From NCBI GenBank assembly GCA_016860685.1, contig BOJX01000002.1, positions 10 to 64,009 on the forward strand: a DNA stretch of 64,000 nucleotides, written 5' to 3'. Positions 8,359 to 17,752 of this stretch are shown piece by piece (position 1 is the stretch's first letter; every line of letters starts with the position of its first letter). The DNA is from Planctomycetota bacterium. GTDB taxonomy: Bacteria > Planctomycetota > Phycisphaerae > UBA1845. The position numbers and the translations under genes are program-made. The notes beneath the pieces are model-generated. The model saw only the letters and a list, made by a program, of their open reading frames with translations. It was not told where the DNA came from and did not search any database.

Positions 8359-10191
8359 TTACGGTTGTGGTTTCGGATTCTCCGCGGCGGTCCCGCTGCG
8401 TGCGCGTCGCTCGATCGCGTCGAGGGCGGTGCGCAGCCGCGGCGTGGGATACAGGGACAATGCGCGGCGGAACTCGGCGACGGCGTCCTGCGTCTGCCCG
8501 ATGCGGTCGAGGAACGCGGCGTAGTGACCGTGAATCTCGGCCTTTTCGGCGGGAGGCGCCTGAAGACCGAGGGCGAAAAGATAATTCTGCCTCGCGGATT
8601 CAATCAGCGCCTGCCGACGCGATTCTCCTGAAGGGTGGAACGCAGCGCGGTCCTGCACGTAGGCCAGGAACCCGCGGGCGGCGGCGTCCTCCGGCGCCTG
8701 CTTGACGACGTCTTCAAGTTGCATGATCGCCAGCGTGTAAAGCTCGCCGCGGAGGAGGACTTCGGCGAGTTCACGGCGCATGAGGGTGTTCTGAAACAAG
8801 TCGCGTTCCAGGGGGATCGCCGTCTCCAGCAGGCGACGCGCTTCGCGGTCGGATTCGGGGGTCTTCCGAGCGAGAAGAACACGGGCGAGGGCGTGCATCG
8901 CGTTGGGAGACTGCGGTTCGAGGTGGTAAACGTGGCGCCACATCGTCTCGTTGTCGTGCCAGACCGGAATCTGTGCGCGGGTGACCTTTGCGAGCGGCAC
9001 CAAGGCCGCGGCGAGGAGGATCGCGCCGACGAGCGCGGATCGGCCTGAGGGTCGGCGCGGGGTCGTGTCTGCGGCGGGGGCGCCTTCGGGGTGTGCGCCG
9101 AGCAGGTCTGCGGCAAGCCAGGCGACGGCGACGAGTACGCCGATCATCGGCAGATAGGCGAAGCGGTCGGCCATCGCCTGCCGTCCGATCTGCACCAGGC
9201 CGATGACGGGCACGAGCGTGCCGAGAAAGATGAACCAGCCGACGGCGAGGAAAGGCCTGCGGCGCGCCGACACGATGACCAGGGCGGTAACGCCGAGAAG
9301 GAGCGTGAGACAGAGCGCGGCTTCGCCGATCGTCCAGGGCTTGGCCTCCATCCCGGGGTAAGGGTAGAAGGGGGAAAGCTCGAGGGGGGCGACGATCTTG
9401 CCGAGATAGCGGACATAACTGACGGCGACGTTCTGAAGGCGAGCGGACCAGCCGATGATGTCGAGGCTGGTGACGGCGCGGGCGGATTGCTGAGTATGCA
9501 CGGCGATCCAGGCCGCTCCGACGGTCAGGGCGAGCATCGGGAGCTTCTCGACGACGGCGCGGCGGGAGAGGCGTCGCAAAGGCCACGCATCCAGCAGCAG
9601 AAGGACAAAGGGCCAGGTGACGGCCATCGGTTTCGACATCAAGGCTGCGGCAAAGGCGGAAAGCACCGCAAGATAGCGCCATCCGGTTGTTTTCTTCACA
9701 TAACAGGCGTAAGCGTGTCCGCAAAGCAGGAGGAAGAACATGCAGAGGAGGTTTTTGCGTTCACTGATCCACGCGACGGACTCGACCTGAAGGGGGTGGA
9801 AGGCGAAGATGGCCGCGACGGCGATTGAGGGTGCGAGGCGGTCCGTCAGGCGGACGAGCAGTAGGAGCAGGAGTGCGGCATTGATCGCGTGCAGGGCGAT
9901 GCTGACGGCGTGATGTCCGGCGGGATTCTCGCCGAAGAGGGCGAGGTCAGCGGCATGAGAGCACCAGGTAAGGGGGTGCCAGTTAGCCTGATGCATTCCG
10001 GTGGCGGCCCAGGCGATGAATTCGCCGAGGGGTTTACGAAGATGCTCGTTGCGCTGGACGTAGAAAGGGTCGTCAAAGACGAACTGACCGTCGATCGCGG
10101 GCAGGTAGAGGACGACGGTTGCGCCGGCGATCAAGGCTGCCGGGAGCAGAGATTTCCAGCGGGGAACCGAAGGCGTAACAAGTTCTGTCAT
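8359..10191 (-). CDS. TPR-containing membrane glycosyltransferase (TMTC/PMT_2-like GT-C)
   Basis: MTELVTP...VVLYLPAIDGQFVFDDPFYVQRNEHL is followed by about 10 TM spans and a C-terminal TPR-like region of about 200 aa. This architecture matches TMTC-type O-mannosyltransferase-like proteins. The start is taken at Met-80 of the track ORF. Confidence 0.7.
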   Translation of the reverse strand: MTELVTPSVPRWKSLLPAALIAGATVVLYLPAIDGQFVFDDPFYVQRNEHLRKPLGEFIAWAATGMHQANWHPLTWCSHAADLALFGENPAGHHAVSIALHAINAALLLLLLVRLTDRLAPSIAVAAIFAFHPLQVESVAWISERKNLLCMFFLLLCGHAYACYVKKTTGWRYLAVLSAFAAALMSKPMAVTWPFVLLLLDAWPLRRLSRRAVVEKLPMLALTVGAAWIAVHTQQSARAVTSLDIIGWSARLQNVAVSYVRYLGKIVAPLELSPFYPYPGMEAKPWTIGEAALCLTLLLGVTALVIVSARRRPFLAVGWFIFLGTLVPVIGLVQIGRQAMADRFAYLPMIGVLVAVAWLAADLLGAHPEGAPAADTTPRRPSGRSALVGAILLAAALVPLAKVTRAQIPVWHDNETMWRHVYHLEPQSPNAMHALARVLLARKTPESDREARRLLETAIPLERDLFQNTLMRRELAEVLLRGELYTLAIMQLEDVVKQAPEDAAARGFLAYVQDRAAFHPSGESRRQALIESARQNYLFALGLQAPPAEKAEIHGHYAAFLDRIGQTQDAVAEFRRALSLYPTPRLRTALDAIERRARSGTAAENPKPQP

Positions 10192-10388
10192 GATGCCGGC
10201 GATTGTAAGCGGTGTCAGCCCGCGATCGGAAATCTGGGGGGTCGGGTGAGGCAAGGTCGTCGGTCGATAATGTTGAGAGGCTGGGATGAAAGACGCGGGA
10301 AGAACGTCATGATCGGTCGATCCGGGCGATGCTAGCCGACCCAGTGATGTCGCCGCCGCACCCGAACGCGCCGGTCCGAGAAACCGGG

Positions 10389-12122
10389 ATGGCCCCCCTG
10401 ATCCGGTCGACGCCGCATCGCGCCGCAACCGCCGCGATCTGGATCCTTGCCGCAGGGGTCTTCGTCGCGACGCGGGCGGCGATTGTGCAGATTCCTCTTG
10501 AGCGAGACGAGGGGGAGTACGCTTACATTGCTCAGCGCCTTCTCGCGGGCGAGACGCCCTATCTCGATCAATTCAATCAGAAACCTCCGGGGGTGTTCGC
10601 CTTCTACGCGGCGGCGATGGCGCTGGGGGGTTCGACGGTGGCCGCGTTACATGTGCTGCTGGCGATCGTCACCGGTCTGACGGCGGTCATGACGGGTTTG
10701 TGCCTTGCGCGGCTGGGACACGCGCGAGGGGCGCCGTGGGCGGCGCTGGCGATGACGGTGATGAGCGCGTCGCCGCGCCTGCTGGGTCCGTCGGCGAACA
10801 CGGAGCACTTCGCCAACCTTGGGGTTTCGGCGTTGGCGCTGGCGTGCGTTCAGTTCCGTCTTCGAGGCGGGCGACCGGCGCTGATCGTTGCGGGGGGAGC
10901 GGCGGCGGCGGCATGTCTCTGCAAGCAGGTGGCGTTGCTGCCGGTATGCGCGATTCTCGCGCTGATGCTGGGGACAGGCGGGCGTGCGCGAGCGGATGAG
11001 GGGCGTGCGCGAGCGGGCGAGAGCGCCGTCGAGTTCCGGACTCGCTTGACTCAACTTTCCGCGTTGGGTTGGACAATGCTCGGCGCGGCGGTGATCGTAA
11101 CGCCGGTGATCGTCTTCTTCGTGGCGCGAGGGGCGTGGTCGGCGTTCGTGGACGCGGTGTTGCTGCACAACCTGGACTACATCAGGAGAAACTCGTGGAG
11201 TGAAGCGGCGTTGGCGCTGGGCCGTGCGGCGGGGCGGCAGTGGCCGTGTCTTGCTCCGGCGGGGATTCTCGCCGTGCCGGCGGTGCTTTCGGGGCGGAAG
11301 GATGAAAGCGGGGCGACGCGGATTGCTGCGATGTGGCTGGCGGCGGCGGGGGTTGCGGCGGCGATTTCGTTCAACTTTTACGATCATTACTCGATTTTTC
11401 TGCTGCCGCCGCTGAGCATGCTGGCGGGGCTGGGCGTTGCGCGGGTGACGAGCGCGACGAGGAATCAGGCGGGGCTTCGGGTCGGGGCGGCACTGGGAGC
11501 GGTGCTCGCACTGGCGGTTGCACCGGCGTACGCGGACCGATCTTTCTGGCGGGCGGCGAGCGCTGAGGACCGCGCGCGGATCCTTTACGGGCAGAATCTG
11601 GTCGTTGAGGGGCGGCGCATCGGCGAGTATCTGCGGCGGGAGTCGGCGGCGGGGGATCGTGTCCTGATTCTCGGGTCCGAGCCGCAGATACTTTATTACG
11701 CGGGACTGCGGAGCGCGACGCGGTACACTATCATGTATCCCCTTTTCGGGCCTTATGCTGACGCGGGAAGGCGGCAGGGCGAAGTGATCGCGAGCATCGA
11801 GTCGGCGCCGCCGGACTGGATTCTGGATGTTCAGGTCTGGTCATCGCGGACGCCTCATGCCGGCAGGTCGCTGGACCTGGAGCGGAAGGTGGGGGCGCTG
11901 GTTCTGGATGAGCGGCGGTACCGGCTGGTCGGCGTGGCGATTCCGCGCGAGAGAGAGCAACGTTATGACCTGCGGTTCGGGGAAGAGCTGTCGCTGCTGG
12001 GGGACCGCGCGGTGCGGGCCGCGTCGGGAGGGGTATTGATTTACCGGCGCGTCGCCTCGGTGCAGGGTGGCGGGAAGCGGGTCGAAAGCGACGGGGAGTC
12101 AGGGTTGTCCGGCGATGAATGA
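10389..12122 (+). CDS. Glycosyltransferase family 39/83-like membrane protein (ArnT/PMT-like GT-C)
   Basis: First loop reads ERDEGEYAYIAQRLLAGETPYLDQFNQKPPGVF (DE..Y and KPP motifs of ArnT-like enzymes). There are many TM spans and a soluble C-terminal domain. It is divergent from 8359..10191. Confidence 0.7.
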   Translation: MAPLIRSTPHRAATAAIWILAAGVFVATRAAIVQIPLERDEGEYAYIAQRLLAGETPYLDQFNQKPPGVFAFYAAAMALGGSTVAALHVLLAIVTGLTAVMTGLCLARLGHARGAPWAALAMTVMSASPRLLGPSANTEHFANLGVSALALACVQFRLRGGRPALIVAGGAAAAACLCKQVALLPVCAILALMLGTGGRARADEGRARAGESAVEFRTRLTQLSALGWTMLGAAVIVTPVIVFFVARGAWSAFVDAVLLHNLDYIRRNSWSEAALALGRAAGRQWPCLAPAGILAVPAVLSGRKDESGATRIAAMWLAAAGVAAAISFNFYDHYSIFLLPPLSMLAGLGVARVTSATRNQAGLRVGAALGAVLALAVAPAYADRSFWRAASAEDRARILYGQNLVVEGRRIGEYLRRESAAGDRVLILGSEPQILYYAGLRSATRYTIMYPLFGPYADAGRRQGEVIASIESAPPDWILDVQVWSSRTPHAGRSLDLERKVGALVLDERRYRLVGVAIPREREQRYDLRFGEELSLLGDRAVRAASGGVLIYRRVASVQGGGKRVESDGESGLSGDE

Positions 12123-14520
12123 GGGGCAGGATCGGAGTCTTGCGGGAACATCGGAACAGAGGCGCGGGGGGCTTGCGCGCGATCCGTTCTGGTTGTTCAT
12201 TCTGCTGGTCCCGCCGTGGCTGATCTTCCCTAACCTCGGGGCGAACATTCTCTGGCAGGACGAGGCGGAGACGGCGACGCTGGCGCGGCGGATCGTCGAA
12301 TACGGATATCCGCTGGCGGACGACGGGCGCCCGCCGCTGGACAAGTACGGGCACTCGCTTCACGCCGTGACGGACCAGCAGCTGCGCGGGGACGGATCTT
12401 ACGTCGACATCAACGAGGACGGGATCTGGATCTGGACGTCGTGGTTCGGGAACTACGTGACGGCGGCGTCGCTGCTGGTGTTTGAGGCGGTCGGGTTCAA
12501 CGACACGATCGAGCGACAAACGATCGCGGCGCGGTTTCCGTTTGCGCTGGGGGCGTGGCTGACGCTGGCGGTGATGTACGTGGCGCTGCTGGATGTAACG
12601 GGGCGGCGAGCGCTGAGCCGGGTGGCGGTGATGCTTCTGGCGCTGAACGTTCCTTATCTGCTTTTTGCGAGGCAGTGCCGGTCTTACCCGTTTCTGGCGA
12701 TGTACACGCTGGTTCAGGTTTGGGGGTACGTGCGGATGACGCGAGAGCATCGCTGGGGTTCGGCGTTGTTCGTGCTCGGCGGTCTCGGCTCGTTTTACAC
12801 GTTCTTTCCGACGATGGTGGGGGTGACGGGAGGGCTGGGGGTACACGCGCTGCTGAAGCACGGCGTGATCCGCTACGACGAGGCGGAGCGGCGGTTGCTG
12901 ACACGGTTACGACACTCGGTTTTTCTGCGTTACGTCTTCGCGTGCATTCTGGTGGCCGGGCTGACGGCGCCGTTCTTCATTTACACGCGGTCGTGGGACC
13001 GGGATTACGACGACAGTGGCGTGCCGATCAAAGAGTCGTGGTCGCGGCTGATCGCATCGCTTCGAGCGTATCTGATTCACCTGCATACCGGCGCGTGGCC
13101 TTTTGTGCTGCTGGTTCCGATCGCGTTGAGCTGGGCGGCGGCGCGGCGGCGGGCGGTTTTTGTAGTGCTGACGCTGGCGACGGGGGCGGCGTGGTTGGCG
13201 GTGACGGCGGCGACGATGCGCGGGCTGCACGCGGAAGGGCTGCTGGAGTGGTCGTGGCGTGCCTCGGATTTCGCGGATCATTTCCGGGTGATGTTGCACA
13301 ATGCGCCGCTCGGAATGCTGGCGGCGGGGCTGCTGCTGCTGGCGGTGTTCGTGTTCGGGTTGCTTGCGCTGGCAGTCGGGGCGCGCGTCGAGGAGAGTGC
13401 GTCCCAGGGGCGATGGTGGACGGGGCTGGCGGCGCTGGCGTGCGCCGTGTTGTTTTTCGCGGTGATGGTTGCTCCGGCCTCGTCCGGTTCGTTTCTCATT
13501 CTCCTGGGATTCTTTGCGGCGGCGTGCGCGGGCGCGGGGTTCTGGATCGTGCGCTCCTCTTTTGCATCCCGGCGTGACACGGCGTGGTTCGACACAGACT
13601 GGAAGCAGATCACGATCGTGGTGGGTCTGGCGGTGGTGTTTTCGGCGTCGGCGCTGGCGAATCATCCGTTTTACCGGTACCTGCTGGGCGGGGCGACGTT
13701 GTTTTCGCTGGCGGCGGCGGCGTGCGTGCTGAAACTGTCCGGCGGACGGGCGTGGGTGGGGGCGCTGGTGTTTGTGGTGGTCGTCGGATGCGAGCTTTTT
13801 CAATACGGACCGTTTTACGTAGCGCGGAGGCTGGTGCTGGAGCCTCGGCATCAGGCGAACATCGTGCGGATTCAGGAGGAGTACCTGGAACAGGGAGATC
13901 CCGAGCCGACGGCGAAGGCGCACAATGAGGCGTATTTTGCGGCGACGGAGTTCGGTCACCTGAACGCCAACGGATACACGTGGACGATGCTTTATAAGAA
14001 CGGGCGGCTGGACAAATTCGGCATGCCCGTCGAGCTGGAGTTTCCGCTGCTGAACCTGGTGCGAGAGCTTCGCAACGATTACGAGGGTCCGATCGAGGCG
14101 GTGATCCGTTATCTTCAGGCGCATGCCCGGAAGGACGACCTGGTGACGACGGTGTATGAGCATTTTCCGCTGAAGTATTACACGGATCTGCTGGTGATCC
14201 GGACGCGCGATCTGGTTCCGCGGGTGGGTCCGCGGCTTCCGGACTGGATCATCGCCCAGCACTGGGATTATCGTTCGGGACTGCCGACCGGCGTCCGGGA
14301 CAAGCTGCGCGATGCGGCGTTTTATGAGTGGGTGCGCCTTCCGGAGGAGCCGGCGGCGATTCAGTGGGACAACATTCCGGAACCGGCGTGGCATCATTTC
14401 ACGACGGTGAAGGATCGGCCTTTGAAGCTGCGTTTCTGGCGTCTGCGGGAGGAAGCGAAGGTTCGCGCGTACAAGCGACAGACGGAATCAGTTCGAGGCG
14501 ACATTCAGACGGTTCCGTGA
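12115..14520 (+). CDS. Large GT-C-type membrane glycosyltransferase-like protein
   Basis: ATG 12115 overlaps the previous stop by 8 nt. NILWQDEAETATLARRIVEYGYPLADDG follows TM1, then about 12 TM spans and a soluble domain of about 270 aa. Confidence 0.6.
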   Translation: MNEGQDRSLAGTSEQRRGGLARDPFWLFILLVPPWLIFPNLGANILWQDEAETATLARRIVEYGYPLADDGRPPLDKYGHSLHAVTDQQLRGDGSYVDINEDGIWIWTSWFGNYVTAASLLVFEAVGFNDTIERQTIAARFPFALGAWLTLAVMYVALLDVTGRRALSRVAVMLLALNVPYLLFARQCRSYPFLAMYTLVQVWGYVRMTREHRWGSALFVLGGLGSFYTFFPTMVGVTGGLGVHALLKHGVIRYDEAERRLLTRLRHSVFLRYVFACILVAGLTAPFFIYTRSWDRDYDDSGVPIKESWSRLIASLRAYLIHLHTGAWPFVLLVPIALSWAAARRRAVFVVLTLATGAAWLAVTAATMRGLHAEGLLEWSWRASDFADHFRVMLHNAPLGMLAAGLLLLAVFVFGLLALAVGARVEESASQGRWWTGLAALACAVLFFAVMVAPASSGSFLILLGFFAAACAGAGFWIVRSSFASRRDTAWFDTDWKQITIVVGLAVVFSASALANHPFYRYLLGGATLFSLAAAACVLKLSGGRAWVGALVFVVVVGCELFQYGPFYVARRLVLEPRHQANIVRIQEEYLEQGDPEPTAKAHNEAYFAATEFGHLNANGYTWTMLYKNGRLDKFGMPVELEFPLLNLVRELRNDYEGPIEAVIRYLQAHARKDDLVTTVYEHFPLKYYTDLLVIRTRDLVPRVGPRLPDWIIAQHWDYRSGLPTGVRDKLRDAAFYEWVRLPEEPAAIQWDNIPEPAWHHFTTVKDRPLKLRFWRLREEAKVRAYKRQTESVRGDIQTVP

Positions 14521-14545
14521 CTGCGGTGTTTTTTTTCTTCAGGAA

Positions 14546-17059
14546 GTGTCCCTGAGTTCAGCACGAACATCGCCCGGTGCAGCAGGACAAGGCGCCCGCA
14601 GCGGCGTCGGAGGGCGTGTGTCGGGGTCGCTTCATCACGTGCGGAGCGTGTGCTTTTTTCTTCTCCTCGTCGTGTGCGGATTGCGCCCGCTCATTCATGA
14701 AACGCATGACGCCGCGCGCGACGTCGTGTCGTCGGGGATCGCGGAGCTTTCGCCGGCGATGCCGGTGCGAACGTGGGCGATCGACCTGGTGATCCTCGTG
14801 GCGGCAGCGGGGGCGATGCTGGCGCGGGTGGGGGAGGGCGGTCCGCGGCGTACCGGTCTTTCGCTCGGGTTCATGTTGCTGTCGGCGGCGGCGTTGATCT
14901 CGTGCGCGGCGGCAGGGCAGAAGCGCGTGGCGGTAAACGCGTCGATCGACTTTCTTTGCCTTCCGGTGCTGGCGATCGGACTGATACAGGCGGGAGAGAC
15001 CCGTCTGCACCGTCGCCTGATGCTGGCGGTGATCGCGGCGTCGGCGGCTGCGAACGCGGTGGAGTGTCTCGATCAGCGCTGGTTCACGCTTCCCGAGGCG
15101 CGTGGGATGTACGAGGAGGACCGAGCGGCGTTCTGGCGCGATCGCGGCGTTCCGCTGGATTCGGCGACGGTGCGAATGTTCGAGGCACGGATGCGCGCGG
15201 GGGAGCCGGATGGTTTTTTCTTTCACAGCAACGTTGCGGCCGGGTATCTGGCGTTGACGTCGCTGGCGGCGGCGGGGGTGGTTCTGGCTGCGTGCCGTCG
15301 GGTGGGCGTCACACGTTCGTCGGGTGTCGCAGGCGACACCGGTCGCGTATCCAGCGCGGCGGTCGGGTGCGGCGTGGCGCTGGTCATGCTGCTGGTTCTG
15401 GCGATGACGCTGACGGGAAGCGGGGGGGCGGCGGCGGCCTTTGCGGCGGCTGTCGCAGGCTGGGGAGGGTTGGCGGCGTTGTGGCGCTGGACGCGTTTCG
15501 GGGCGTGGATGGCGCGACGGAAAGCGACGGCGCTGGTCGTGGGGTGGGGATGTGCGGGGCTTGCGGGTGCGGCGGTGGTGGGGCACGGGTTGTATCACAA
15601 GTCGCTGCCCGGGGCGTCATTGAGCTTTCGCTGGCAGTACTGGACGGCGTCAGCGTCGCTGATCCGCGATCATTTCCTGACGGGGGTCGGCGCGGAGAAC
15701 TTCGGGCGACACTACGTTCAATATAAATCGATCGAAAGCCCGGAGGAGGTTTCAAGCCCGCATAACTTTCTCGTGCAGGCGGCTTCGGAGTGGGGTGTGG
15801 TGGGTCTGCTGGGGTTGATCGCGTTGCTGGTGGGGGGCAGCGCCCGGCTGGCTGGGATCGGGAGTCGCGGGGGAAATTCAGATCCAACGGCGGCGGGGAA
15901 ACCGTCAGCGGGGTGGGATGAAACGGAGGACCGCGGAGAAGGAGAGGTTGAGGGATTGAGCGGGGCCGCGGTTCCGGCGTGGTGCGCGGTGACGGGACTG
16001 GCGGTGTTTGCGATGCGGATTCCGCTGCTGGGATCAACCGACGCATCTTTCGTATTCGTGCAGACGTTGATACCGGCTGCGGCGTGGTTCTCGGCGTTTG
16101 CGGTGGTGATGCGGCTTGTCGGCGGCGCGGGGGGGGATGTGACGGACGGTCCGATCTTCGGGGGCGTTTGCGCGGGGTTGGCGGCGTTTTTCATTCAGGA
16201 TGCGATCAACTTTGCCCTTTTTGTCCCGGGTGCGGCGACGACGGTCTTTGCTTTGTACGCGATGGTCGCGTCTCGACGAAGAGAGCTTGCGTCTGCAAGA
16301 GACGACGGGTTGCGTCGGCGGGCGGGGATCAAGACGGAGAAGGCGGCGCTCGTCGTCTGCGCGGCGCTGCTGATGGCGGTCATCTGGCAAGGAGCGGCGA
16401 TCTGTCGCGGGAATGCAGCGCTGGCGGAGGCGAGGGGGTTCGTTGTGTCCGTGAAGAGTGCGGGAGGAGCGGCGCAGGGGCATGTCTTAAGGGCCACGGC
16501 GAAGTTCGATGAGGCTGCGAAGGCTGATCCGTGGGATCCCACCCCGTGCATCGAGAAGGCGGAGTTTCAGGCGGGGTTGTGGCTGGGGGGCGTTGAGTCG
16601 TGGGTTGGGGGCGGGTTCGAGTCGATCCGGTCGGCGTTAGATGAGGCGCGGCGGCGTGATCCGTTCCGGGTGGAGATTGAGCGGAAGACGGCGCGTATTG
16701 AGCTCGAGGTTGCGATGCGGGCCGGCGTCGGCGGGGGAGAGTGGGGCAAGGGCGTCGCCGTGCAGAGGCGTCATCTGAATGCGGCAGCCGAGGCTGCGGG
16801 CCGCGCGGTCAACTTGTACCCGGCGGACCCGACCGGGTGGTGGTTGCTGGGGGAGTGCCTGCTGCATCTGGGAGAAGCGCAGGGTGACCCGGGGGTGCTG
16901 GGGAAGGCAGCGCTGGCGTTCGAGCGAGCGCTGAAGCTGGATGCGGCCCGGCCGGAGTGGGAGGTGATCCGGCGGTTCAGCCGGGATGAACGATCGCAGC
17001 TTGAAGCCGCGTGTGAGCGTGCGAAGGCGTTGGGTGGCGGGAGGGGCGGAGGCGGTTAG
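14546..17059 (+). CDS. O-antigen ligase-like (Wzy_C domain) membrane protein with C-terminal TPR region
   Basis: SSPHNFLVQAASEWGVVGLLGLIALLV matches the Wzy_C/O-antigen-ligase loop-helix signature (H-N..l....E.G..G). It has many TM spans and a TPR-like C-terminus (NLYPADPTGWWLLGECLLHLGE...ALKLDAARPEW). The GTG start at 14546 is uncertain. Confidence 0.65.
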   Translation: MSLSSARTSPGAAGQGARSGVGGRVSGSLHHVRSVCFFLLLVVCGLRPLIHETHDAARDVVSSGIAELSPAMPVRTWAIDLVILVAAAGAMLARVGEGGPRRTGLSLGFMLLSAAALISCAAAGQKRVAVNASIDFLCLPVLAIGLIQAGETRLHRRLMLAVIAASAAANAVECLDQRWFTLPEARGMYEEDRAAFWRDRGVPLDSATVRMFEARMRAGEPDGFFFHSNVAAGYLALTSLAAAGVVLAACRRVGVTRSSGVAGDTGRVSSAAVGCGVALVMLLVLAMTLTGSGGAAAAFAAAVAGWGGLAALWRWTRFGAWMARRKATALVVGWGCAGLAGAAVVGHGLYHKSLPGASLSFRWQYWTASASLIRDHFLTGVGAENFGRHYVQYKSIESPEEVSSPHNFLVQAASEWGVVGLLGLIALLVGGSARLAGIGSRGGNSDPTAAGKPSAGWDETEDRGEGEVEGLSGAAVPAWCAVTGLAVFAMRIPLLGSTDASFVFVQTLIPAAAWFSAFAVVMRLVGGAGGDVTDGPIFGGVCAGLAAFFIQDAINFALFVPGAATTVFALYAMVASRRRELASARDDGLRRRAGIKTEKAALVVCAALLMAVIWQGAAICRGNAALAEARGFVVSVKSAGGAAQGHVLRATAKFDEAAKADPWDPTPCIEKAEFQAGLWLGGVESWVGGGFESIRSALDEARRRDPFRVEIERKTARIELEVAMRAGVGGGEWGKGVAVQRRHLNAAAEAAGRAVNLYPADPTGWWLLGECLLHLGEAQGDPGVLGKAALAFERALKLDAARPEWEVIRRFSRDERSQLEAACERAKALGGGRGGGG

Positions 17060-17179
17060 TGCCAGGGTGGTGGTGAGTGACAAAGTGACAGGGAATGCTT
17101 GGGTGGGGGGTGAAGTGGTGACAGGCGAGAGAATCGGGGAGGGGGGTCTTTGATCCTGGCGTTCTGGCGAACCTTCGTC

Positions 17180-17215
17180 ATAATATTTTGTAATTTAATA
17201 ACTTAAGAAGAAAAC
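17180..17215 (+). promoter_or_regulatory. AT-rich island (about 14 % GC) upstream of groES, a likely promoter or UP-element region
   Basis: ATAATATTTTGTAATTTAATAACTTAAGAAGAAAAC lies in otherwise ~67 % GC DNA, about 120 nt upstream of the groES start. It contains several TATAAT-like hexamers (CATAAT, TAATAT). No clear -35 box could be assigned. Confidence 0.35.
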
Positions 17216-17331
17216 GGGCTTGATATGGTTGCGCGAGGCGGGACCGGCACGTCGGTTGCATTCCGGCGGTAAGGGGGAGATGCATACTGCGGAAGAGTAG
17301 CAGGTTGCGGGACCAGTGGAGGATAGGCGAC

Positions 17332-17631
17332 GTGGCAAAGCTGAACATCAAGCCGTTGAACGACAAGATCATCGTGAAGCGGGTCGAGGCGGACGAGAAG
17401 ACGGCAGGGGGTATCGTTCTGCCGGATACGGCGAAGGAGAAGCCGAAGCGCGGGATCGTGCTGGCGGTGGGAAACGGGAAGCTGCTGGACAGCGGGAAGC
17501 GGAGCGCGATGCAGGTGAAGGTCAATGACGAGGTGGTGTTCACCAGCTACGCGGGGAACGAAATCAAGATGAGCGGCACGGAATACCTGATCATGGATGA
17601 GTCGGACGTGCTGGGCGTCATCGAGAAGTAA
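17332..17631 (+). CDS. groES: Co-chaperonin GroES
   Basis: GTG 17332 lies 8 nt after [54 protein letters not shown] is the canonical Cpn10 sequence. Confidence 0.95.
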   Translation: MAKLNIKPLNDKIIVKRVEADEKTAGGIVLPDTAKEKPKRGIVLAVGNGKLLDSGKRSAMQVKVNDEVVFTSYAGNEIKMSGTEYLIMDESDVLGVIEK

Positions 17632-17752
17632 GTTGTGCCGATCAGACGGCGCGCCTGCGGTGGAGGCAGGATCCGGCGGCGTCGGATAACCGAGAGACAA
17701 ATGACCCGACCGGCGCGGCGCGCCGGCGGCGCTGAAACAAGGGGAGTGATAC

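Noticed and set aside
14521-14545. T8 run (TGTTTTTTTTC) right after the 801-aa GT-C gene, considered as a possible intrinsic terminator.
   Set aside because: No stable GC-rich stem immediately precedes the T-run, and the next gene starts about 20 nt later. This is more likely just a spacer within an operon.
17060-17752. Looked for an HrcA CIRCE operator (TTAGCACTC-N9-GAGTGCTAA) and a sigma32-type promoter around groES/groEL.
   Set aside because: No match to either half-site. CTTGAT at about 17219 has no CCCCAT-like -10 box at the right distance.
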